From Candidatus Lokiarchaeum ossiferum (GTDB taxonomy: Archaea; Asgardarchaeota; Lokiarchaeia; Sigyniarchaeales; Promethearchaeaceae): DNA of 32,000 nucleotides. A model generated the notes under the pieces. The model ran no database searches and had not been told where the DNA came from. It was given only the letters and a program-made list of their open reading frames with translations. The stretch is from NCBI GenBank assembly GCA_025839675.1, contig CP104013.1, positions 1,860,001 through 1,892,000 of the forward strand, given 5' to 3'. The number at the start of each line of letters is the position of its first letter. Position 1 is the stretch's first letter. Made by a program: the position numbers and the translations under genes. Shown here piece after piece: positions 10,201-17,700 of this stretch.

Positions 10201-13200
10201 ATTTGATATTTGAATAAATGCCCCTTCAATGATTTTTTGGTCAATATCTTTTAAATTAACCATAATTCTGGCATCATAATTTTCGACAGCAGTTCCTTTA
10301 ATAACCCTAGGATCATTCTGTAACCCTTTGGCTCGAATTTTTGTTATACCACCATCATAATTATCAAAAACTTGACCGTACATCGTGAATGTCATCGTAT
10401 CTCCTGCAGGTACCGCTTGAGCACGAATTTGAAAAGAATTTGAAAGACCCCCTACCCCTAATGTCGCTCGATAAAGATAAGAATAAGATGTAGTTGGAGC
10501 AATATCCCAGACAGTTCCAACTCCAACCATATCATTTTCATCCCACATTGTATGCCAAGCTTCCTTACGGAATAGATAAGTTGCTGTAGTATCAATTGAA
10601 CTATAACTATCATCTGTACAAAATTCCTTTGATCCATCGATTCCTAAATCTGCATCGTCATCAAAATTCATCCCTCCAAATCCATAAGCTGTATCTTCGT
10701 CAACTGGTTGAGACCAATCATTTGTAAAAGTCCAGTATCCAGCACCTACTGCCGTTTTTGCATAGATTTGGTGATCAATTTTTATTGTATCATCAAGATA
10801 ATTCAGAGTATAAAATCGTTCGTAGATAAAATCTGACGAATCAAAAACCATCTTCATAACTACTCGGATTGGACCACTTGAAACAATTTGTAAACTTGAT
10901 AGACCATAAAAACAATTGTATGGCTCAGTATCATATCGCTGAGTTATTCCACCATATTGCCAATCTTTCAAAGCCCAGCCTCGACTTGTCCCTGGATTAG
11001 TTAAAGTTTTACCGGATCTAAGATCGGTCACCTCATAAATATGATCATGATATTGACCAACAGGAGGCAAACCTTCAGCCAAGGATATTTGAATCTTAGA
11101 GTTTCTAATTGTAAAATCATCGTTATCATTCATGATATAATCGAGAGCACTCGAACTTGTATAATTAACAGCGTCTTTATAATCAAATTCAGTATTGTCA
11201 AAATATATGAAATAAAATCGAGAACGTGATGAAGTAGTTTTCCCATCTGCCACCCAACAAAGAGTCCCTTTTGCGTTATTCTCTGCAATGAAATATTCAT
11301 CTTTATCAAATTGATAAGGAATTTCTCGAGATTCTCCCGAAAATTCATCCCATTCAATAATTCGAATTGAATTTTCGTCAAATGTGGAAAACACCCCTAA
11401 ATCAGTGAATATTTCAGTAAAATCCAATTCTTCTTCTATTAAATAATTACTGTAATAATGGTTTCCTTTTGGGGACGATAAATTCAAATTCAATCGATAG
11501 CTCCATTGGGCATCCCACCATGGAGCTTCAGAAATCATAGCTAAATTTGATTGATATTCACGATACGTTGGAGGATTCACATATATTTCAGGCATTCCCA
11601 TAAATGAAGAAGTTTGATTTAAATAAGCATAACCACCAAAATAATTGTTATTAATAATTGATTCTACTTCTCCAGTTGTATTGAAATATACGTAGTATTT
11701 TCTTACTTCACGAGTGTAGGTAGTTGATAAGGCAAGATCTGGGATTTCCGTTAAAACATTATTACTACTTGAAAAACCAGTCGTAAAACCCCAATTCGAA
11801 TCACCATCCCTATTTCTGTAACGTACCAATAAGGAATGCCACCCTTTAGTCACCTTAGCCAAATTATATCGTATATATTGAGTTAAATCCGCGGTTGAAT
11901 CATTATAATTATAACCTCGATTTACACCGTCCCAATAAAGCCACATATCATCAAGTCGTTCAGCAGTAAACCAAGTATATGTTGAATCAACAGTTTCAGG
12001 AAAATATATATAGGTTTGCGCCCAAGCATAATGATTTGTACCTCCTGGTACACCCAAAGGCACGCTAAAATCAATATAATTACCATTACTTAGGTATTCA
12101 TCCCATTGATATCCAAAAGTAATATCATCTGGACTATAATAGTTTTCTAAATTTATCACTCGAGTTTCCGTACCAACCACGGCCCAATTTCGAATAAAGC
12201 CTCCATAAGTATTATTACAAGATATTGTATCGGATCCATTTTTTATCCAAGAAATTGTAGCAGTTGCATTTAATTGTGAATCAAACCCAATAACTTCATC
12301 ATCCCAATCAATAGTCATTGTACGCTCGCCGTTCAAACTAGAAGTAGAATTATATTCAACTAAAATTGCAGAATCTAAGTCAATATCTGCAGATAATCGC
12401 ATATTCGAAAGCTGGTCAGTAAAATTTATTTTTTGAGAGAGAGTTTTATCTGTTTCCAAATTCATTTCATCAGTTACATCAATGGAAAATCTATATTGAT
12501 ATTCATTACCGTCAGAATACCATGGATCTTTTTGATCGCCATTATATATATCCACAATTTCTTCATCTGTTAGTTCCACATCATAGATACGTATGTCGTC
12601 GAGATAATCTGCAAAACGATAGTTATTTGATCGATAATTTCCAAGAATATACACTTCTGACATTGTTTTTCGGTTAGCACTCCCCAAAAATTCCCCATCT
12701 ATATAGAAATCAGTTTGAGAATCATGACCTGTTGCGACTAAATGATGCCATCCGGTATAAGAACTCAAGTCATGACCTATTCCAGACCAACCCGCATCAT
12801 AAGTTCCTAAATCATAAGTGTTAGGATAACCCCCAACCCAAAATTGTCCTTGACCACATACTAACATTTGCCACCTACCAACTTGGACAATATCTTTGAA
12901 CCAAGCAGATATGGTCCATTGTTCATCAAGATCCACATCATTTATTAAACGAATACGTGAATTGGATTCTGGAATATCCAACACATTTCCTCTTTCGGGA
13001 TCTAAATATTGACTCACGACTTCAGGAGTTCCGTCATGACCATTATTTGTGACATCGCGCCCCAAATCTTCGGAATCTTCAAAATCATAATGAGCAACTA
13101 AATGATCTGAGGCAATAATACCACTTGATCTAATAGATGCAGTATTTTCAGACTCATCGCCAACCAGATTTTCAAATGCGTCTGATGCGATATTAGAATC

Positions 13201-13323
13201 TAAAAAACTACTCATTTGAAGACTACTACTACACACGATAAATAGTATGCTTATAATTTTTACTTTATTTTTGAGAGATTTCAACATATTTTCATTCTCC
13301 TTTTTAAAAATCTTAATCTGCAT
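7270..13323 (-). CDS. Giant surface protein, paralog 2 (2017 aa): signal peptide, LamG-like lectin head, beta-sandwich modules, one C-terminal TM helix and a conserved cytoplasmic tail
   Basis: Complete ORF in the track. The true start is probably M13 (ATG at 13287-13285). It is preceded by AAAAAGGAGAATGAAAAT and gives MLKSLKNKVKIISILFIVCSSS, which looks like a signal peptide. N-x-S/T sequons are very frequent. Confidence 0.93.
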   Translation of the reverse strand: MQIKIFKKENENMLKSLKNKVKIISILFIVCSSSLQMSSFLDSNIASDAFENLVGDESENTASIRSSGIIASDHLVAHYDFEDSEDLGRDVTNNGHDGTPEVVSQYLDPERGNVLDIPESNSRIRLINDVDLDEQWTISAWFKDIVQVGRWQMLVCGQGQFWVGGYPNTYDLGTYDAGWSGIGHDLSSYTGWHHLVATGHDSQTDFYIDGEFLGSANRKTMSEVYILGNYRSNNYRFADYLDDIRIYDVELTDEEIVDIYNGDQKDPWYSDGNEYQYRFSIDVTDEMNLETDKTLSQKINFTDQLSNMRLSADIDLDSAILVEYNSTSSLNGERTMTIDWDDEVIGFDSQLNATATISWIKNGSDTISCNNTYGGFIRNWAVVGTETRVINLENYYSPDDITFGYQWDEYLSNGNYIDFSVPLGVPGGTNHYAWAQTYIYFPETVDSTYTWFTAERLDDMWLYWDGVNRGYNYNDSTADLTQYIRYNLAKVTKGWHSLLVRYRNRDGDSNWGFTTGFSSSNNVLTEIPDLALSTTYTREVRKYYVYFNTTGEVESIINNNYFGGYAYLNQTSSFMGMPEIYVNPPTYREYQSNLAMISEAPWWDAQWSYRLNLNLSSPKGNHYYSNYLIEEELDFTEIFTDLGVFSTFDENSIRIIEWDEFSGESREIPYQFDKDEYFIAENNAKGTLCWVADGKTTSSRSRFYFIYFDNTEFDYKDAVNYTSSSALDYIMNDNDDFTIRNSKIQISLAEGLPPVGQYHDHIYEVTDLRSGKTLTNPGTSRGWALKDWQYGGITQRYDTEPYNCFYGLSSLQIVSSGPIRVVMKMVFDSSDFIYERFYTLNYLDDTIKIDHQIYAKTAVGAGYWTFTNDWSQPVDEDTAYGFGGMNFDDDADLGIDGSKEFCTDDSYSSIDTTATYLFRKEAWHTMWDENDMVGVGTVWDIAPTTSYSYLYRATLGVGGLSNSFQIRAQAVPAGDTMTFTMYGQVFDNYDGGITKIRAKGLQNDPRVIKGTAVENYDARIMVNLKDIDQKIIEGAFIQISNSSGEDITIKQSNSFGNVSFKGLYDDIWSFSVKYSVNDAVNYTIFTKDITFSIGSDGRRYYDIFNCNLTTLNIFVADIYYSDYDDQILRSANVTLMNATSGVNVNITSSLTNSDGIVTFRLPATQWNFSVSVKNKLRSFIIGNDIGQDENLTNTIVLTSLTSVVFNVSIQEHKTKLTISSFSSQYWSSQNITTIEPYSIEVYYGEIFSLELYFEDIQDGVPIIGAGGVWSLLRKDSNQIVNSSTNIGDLDVGSGFYNLSFYTESLFAGTYIFSLLLNKTDLQDSFLEIEIEILNFNSYLEMKNEGEDFVIQWNSALSLQVDYYSVYPEMRNISNAILNYEVVGRSVSGVLEQYVLNQDMDDNWCTYNLSIVNLNLPVGIYTLRIFGNQTNYKEVDQTYALQIIANPTVLDVSIDNLFAYTSTYMKGAKGEIITFQINYTDLSENYLGLSASVSAFIEGVEDNAEIPLFNNGNGVYNCSIDVDLYDIGKYDVKIQASKLYYESKSIYLDLEILDYWDTNLEIITPPTVYPWNNISSFVVRYESVDPTRSDVALDAADVLSLNITHKVEGIELQLLSLGENQRGLLWDWENLKNNPNYGSGYYLIWFNTSVVSVESSGVFYAIPTLDYSLYQNASIRPYIWITALRTGLTPSTTEIQNVESFELILDQSTKFSVKLNVTDESSAIYGKNIEGAQLNYQIVSREDESQILQSGILDDLSNGLYQFSLNAIKIGEYKIYVTSFLENYTSTTISAFFNCLRKEFSLQTGLNIDNNTIFTPKNREISFSINIADKISGISLSDVSVSFELNGKTYNLIEDSATAGVYSITLSLDELALLEARNQPYQFNIIITRENYTTTSIPIAFQVGLPIDPLIGVTYRSWMIIGATIGAMAVILATYSYIKYANIPLIIKQIDATKKDIEKKRSIGDELITVSAKNEILERLKNRWSLIDLDLAAVLNLDEVKSNKDANVTSGDEKVGGL
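7273..7578 (-). other. C-terminal membrane anchor (SWMIIGATIGAMAVILATYSYIK) plus the 79-aa conserved cytoplasmic tail of paralog 2
   Basis: A roughly 23-residue hydrophobic helix is followed by YANIPLIIKQIDATKKDIEKKRSIGDELITVSAKNEILERLKNRWSLIDLDLAAVLNLDEVKSNKDANVTSGDEKVGGL. The tail aligns without gaps to the paralog 3 tail with 47/79 identities by hand. Confidence 0.8.
11188..11526 (-). other. DUF2341-like module (aa ~600-712) in paralog 2
   Basis: APWWDAQWSYRLNLNLSS...FDENSIRIIEWDE...EIPYQFDK...GTLCWVADG...RFYFIYFDN matches my recollection of the DUF2341 pattern (W-x-Y-R-K...I.F.D..G..LPYWIE...WVKV...IYMYYGN). Assigned by eye only. Confidence 0.45.
11764..12141 (-). other. Possible PA14-like carbohydrate-binding module (aa ~395-520) in paralog 2
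   Basis: YAWAQTYIYFPETVDSTYTWFTAERLDDMWLYWDGVNRG...LAKVTKGWHSLLVRYRNRDGDSNWGF resembles the PA14 core (F.a..G.YtF....DD...L.iDG......L..G.h.i.v.Y.n..G). Pattern recognition only. Confidence 0.3.
12538..13101 (-). other. LamG / concanavalin-A-like lectin domain (Laminin_G_3-type; aa ~75-262) in paralog 2
   Basis: LVAHYDFEDS...DVTNNGHDGT...GNVLDIPES...WTISAWFK...GWHHLVATGHDSQTDFYIDGEFLG...FADYLDDIRIYDVELTDEEI follows the characteristic Laminin_G_3 order (LvahY.FD..a.DsSGNG..G...g.al.FdG...T.saWvk...WhHvA.t.d...l.lYvDG...f.G.iDevRIYnraLs.eEI). Confidence 0.7.
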
Positions 13324-13619
13324 TTATAGTTTGTATAAGTCGTATATTTATTTTTCGCTCATCCCCATAGATTTTGGAATTCCAATACAATAATGGAAAT
13401 TGAAGTTTTATCAATTTCTTTCACATTAGAACCATTCCTTATAATAATGGATTTTTCTTTTGTTATAATCGAATTAAGGAATCAAAATGCTAAGGAAATT
13501 TGATAGATTAATTCACATTTAAGAGTTAGAAGAGGTTATTCCATATCCAGAAATGAGAAATGGTAAAAATCAAAAAAAATGTTGAAGAAGTAAAATTGGT
13601 TAAATTGTTTTTAGGAAGT

Positions 13620-13635
13620 AAAAAAAATTAAAAAA
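13620..13635 (-). terminator. Bipartite oligo-T tract (T6-AA-T8 on the minus strand) downstream of partner gene copy 2
   Basis: The plus strand has A8 (13620-13627), tt, then A6 (13630-13635), 13-28 nt beyond the stop at 13648-13650. The arrangement matches that after copy 1. Confidence 0.5.
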
Positions 13636-13647
13636 TTACGCCACGAA

Positions 13648-14781
13648 TTATTCTACTGCGACTTCTTCCTTCTTTTTCGCCGCCGCTTTCTTCAATTTCA
13701 CTTGGGCATAATACTCGTCCTTCATCATATCCAAGGCTTTTAACAGCGCATTCGGATTTTGAGAGCGGGTACGATACTGTTGACGAATGTTGTCAATATT
13801 ATAACGCGGATAAAAACGTTCAATGAAGAAATCCGAGGTCAAACAGAAATATTCATTGTTCTTATCATCTTGGAAGACCGCAATCATCTTGGTTTCCCAC
13901 ATGGCTTTCAAAACCCGATCCACATCATCCACCCCTTTCTTCCGAAGTTTTTCCAAATCGTTGCGAGTCACCATGGCTTCCCGCATCAATTTAATCACTT
14001 CATAGCAGGCCGGATCCAAGAGTACTTTATCGATGATCGCCAAATTATCCGCTTCACTGGGGACATACAGTTCAAAGAAATTGCGTACTTCCTTGATGTA
14101 AGAATCCTTCAAAGATGCCGGTAGATGATGATCCACGGGATCTTTGACCAACTCCACCGGAGGAGTACGTAAAACCATGATATCCTCGGTTAAAAAGACC
14201 AAATCAGAAGATAACCCCTTCACGGAAGCGATTTTCACAAGCCCAAGTTTCACCATCCCCGCCAAGAGGTTTTCCACATCCACAAAACCTTCGCGGTATT
14301 GATCCTTCATCCAAATCGAGATTTCGGATTTCGAGATGGCGGTTTCTTCCCGTAACCGATTCAATAACATCCGTTTGACATCACTATTTAATAACATCCC
14401 ATAGCGTTGTTCTTCGGTTAACGTTGGATAGACTGATAGACGTTGGAACAAGGGAGGCAAAATCGAATTTAAGGAATCCGACTCCAAATTCATCAGAATC
14501 TGACGCGTAATTTCCGCCAATCCTTCTTCATACACATCCCCATCTTCTTCAGCGGTGAGAATCAAGATCACATACACTGCCGATTCGGGTCCGGTATAAT
14601 AGGAAGCGAGATTGACCGCCCCTGCCGTCAATGACACCATTCCAGCTTCACCGGTAAATTCATGTTGGGAATAGAGTTGCATCAAGGTTTTCTCTTGAAT
14701 GACCACTTCTTCAGGGTAGGCCCCTAACACTTCGACACCCACCCGTTCATCCCAATGCATAATGACTAATCCGGTGGGCAT
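13648..14781 (-). CDS. 377-aa soluble partner protein, copy 2
   Basis: Complete ORF. The junction with the upstream giant gene is the same (GGAGGGCTTTAAAATG). Amino acid differences from copy 1 occur only at residues 361, 367, 376 and 377. The stop codon differs (TAA here, TGA in copy 1). Confidence 0.93.
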   Translation of the reverse strand: MPTGLVIMHWDERVGVEVLGAYPEEVVIQEKTLMQLYSQHEFTGEAGMVSLTAGAVNLASYYTGPESAVYVILILTAEEDGDVYEEGLAEITRQILMNLESDSLNSILPPLFQRLSVYPTLTEEQRYGMLLNSDVKRMLLNRLREETAISKSEISIWMKDQYREGFVDVENLLAGMVKLGLVKIASVKGLSSDLVFLTEDIMVLRTPPVELVKDPVDHHLPASLKDSYIKEVRNFFELYVPSEADNLAIIDKVLLDPACYEVIKLMREAMVTRNDLEKLRKKGVDDVDRVLKAMWETKMIAVFQDDKNNEYFCLTSDFFIERFYPRYNIDNIRQQYRTRSQNPNALLKALDMMKDEYYAQVKLKKAAAKKKEEVAVE

Positions 14782-14794
14782 TTTAAAGCCCTCC
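14779..14794 (-). promoter_or_regulatory. Translational-coupling junction (SD in terminal codons, stop, 1 nt, start), second instance
   Basis: The plus strand has cat at 14779-14781, t, tta at 14783-14785 and ccctcc at 14789-14794. This is identical to the junction at 7266-7281. Confidence 0.7.
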
Positions 14795-17700
14795 TACTTC
14801 TTCATCACCAGTGGTAATGACAGAATCTGATGCAGTTTTAACATCATTCACCCCTAAAATCGAAGCAAGATCTAAATCTAAAATATCCCATCGATCTTTA
14901 AGACGTTCAACAATTTCTTCTTTGGAGCTTATTGAGATATTGGATTCACCGATCTCATTGTTCTTTTCAATATCTTTTTTCGTTGCATTAATCTTTTTGA
15001 TAATCATCGGAATATTTGCATATTGGACATACTTGGTCACTCCTGCAATAACTATTGCCAATAATCCCACTGCACCACCAATAAATACAAAGATCTTTGG
15101 AACACCTACATTTCCTACAGTAAATTCTGGAGGTGTTACTGAAATAGTAATTGTAAATGGCTCAATGGTATAATTTGCTTTATCTACTGAAACGATTGCA
15201 ATTTCGGTTTTTGCTGCAAGTAGTGCGTTATAATCGATGGAAGCAGTATCTATCACATATCGATATGTTCCAAGAGTATCAGTTTCTTCGACAGTCCAAT
15301 TACTACCTCGATAGTTCATTGAAACTGCTGCCCCCGTTAAAGGTGCTTGAGCGACGGGATCATATAAAGAAAATTCGATCACAATATTTTCACCTTCAGG
15401 CATTTCAACAATTTTATCCGCCAATTCAGCGCTCAATGTTAGAGATATTGGTTTTTCTTTAATATTCAAAGTAATTGACGCAGATCGTTCAATATAATTT
15501 GCTTGACCCAAATGAACAACAAAGAAATACATTCCAACTTGACGTGTAGCAGTATTGAAATCAAGGAGATATTTTCCATCCCCAATATCAACCAATTGGC
15601 CTTCATGAGTTATGCCTTGGAATTCCCATTCGTAGTAAGCAACAATTGCATTTGAAATGCCAACGTATTCACTATCCTCATAAGCGAAAATCATCTGATA
15701 TCCTGTGGTCACATTAATTGAAGTATCCAAATTTACAAATATGGAATTATTAATACTCGTTTGAATCCGATTGATTTTTACATTTATCACTAAGTTTTGA
15801 GTTTGATATTGATATTTTGTGGCTTCAAGATGCATAGTATAAGACCCAACACTTAAAAACTCAGTAGAATTTAGTTCGATCTCATATACTCCTCCACCAA
15901 TCGGAGTCAAATACCCTGTAAAACCAGAAACTTGTCCAACATAATAAGAAATTTCCCCATCCGTTATTGGTCCGTCATTATGAGTATCGAAGAAAGAGAC
16001 TGAAACGGTGAAATTTTCCTTCCATGTTTTATCAAATGACGTTGCTTCTGCACTTATAGATGTGGAAATACCATTAACATAGACGGTGATATATATTTGA
16101 TTCGTTTCATATTGCGACTTGGTGAATTTAACTCGGAATGTGTAAGTTCCTTGTTTACCAAAATCAATCGTATTGAGTTCAAGAGTATATAACCCCATTC
16201 CAGAGTCTGTGAAGATCCCATTACCATATCCAACAGCGGAATAGGTTACTGGACCTCCAATTATGGCGGCAGGAACACTGAGGTTTCTAATATCCATAAG
16301 GTTTACAGAAATATTAAAAATATCTCCCCAATATGCCACTTTTTCATCATCTATATGATTAGAGGACAAAGAAGTTGGAATTATCTTGATGGTCAAAACA
16401 ATTAAAGCTTGGCGACTTCCATATGTTTCTGCGAAGGCATCCAATTGAATGGTATAGGTACCGTTTTGACCAAACTGTGTTGTATTAAATTCCAAACGGA
16501 ATTCATTAGAACCTATATAATTCAAAAATCCTGTAATTTCAGATAAAGAAGAGACATTATACGAGATTTGACCACCAATTACTTCTTGAATATCTTGAGG
16601 ATCTACAACATCTTCATAATATGCACCAATTGTAAAATTCTCTCCCCAGAAATATTCAATTTCATCTGAATAGATTAAAGTTAGATTTGTTTTGATTAAA
16701 TTAATATCTACAATAACTGTTAACTGTCGAGATTGATATTCATCCTTACTCGCTACAACGATGAAAGTATAAGTTCCAGCTCCAGGAAAATCGTCATCAG
16801 TATTAAATGTGATATTGTAGGTACCACCACCAACATGGGAAATAGTCCCAGACGCAGAATACCCACTTGGTCCAGAAACCACATAAGAAATGGATCCATC
16901 GGTAATTGCTATAGGATTCTGTGAATCAGAGTTATCCAAGTAACTTACAGATATGTTAAAATTCTGATTCAATTGTTTTGAAATAGTTAATTCATCTGCT
17001 GTCAAAATTGTAGAAATAATTGAAACATCAACGGTTAACACTACCTGTTGAGTCAAATATTGATTTTTCGTTGCAGTCATGGTTATGGTATAAGTTCCAT
17101 TACCTCCAATATCGGTTTCAGAATTTAATGATAAATAATAAATTCCTGAGCCTTGAGGAGTAAGAAAACCAGAAGCAATTACACCTACAGGACTTATGGT
17201 AAAAGAGACGGTTCCATCATTTATCGGAATAGAAGACGCAAGTTGTTCATCCGTAAAAGTAACCGAAAGAACAAAATTTTCACCCCAGATCACTTCAATA
17301 ACGGAATCACCATTAAGAACTAAATCTGTAGGTACAATGGAAATAGTTAACACTATACTCATTTGAACGGTTTCATATTGGTTCTTTGTTGCAGTGATTG
17401 TAAAAGTATAAGTTCCTGCGTGATCAAAATTAATTGAATTGAAATCAAAGGAATACACACCTGGATTGCTCGATTGATGATTAAGGATACCTAAATCTGA
17501 ATATCCTGAACCCGAGACACTAAAATCGACATTGCTATCAAGAATAGGAGAATCATCTCTAGAATCAGTTAAAGTAACAGAAACAGTAAACCCTTCACCC
17601 CAAAATACATCAATTTCATCATTCCCGACCAAATTAACGGGAATCTTGGAAATATTCAAGAGAATGGATAACGATCTAGTTCCATAATTTACTTTACTCG

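Larger units (their letters stand above)
13648..14809 (-). repeat. Direct repeat copy B (partner gene plus the last 9 codons of the giant gene)
   Basis: See copy A (6135-7296). Same orientation, 7513 nt apart. Confidence 0.9.

Noticed and set aside
6135-14809. The duplicated 1.16-kb segment as a mobile element, or as a product of recent gene conversion.
   Set aside because: There is no transposase or integrase, no terminal inverted repeats and no target-site duplication. The repeat boundaries coincide with the CDS and junction. The roughly 60 evenly spread silent differences argue against recent conversion.
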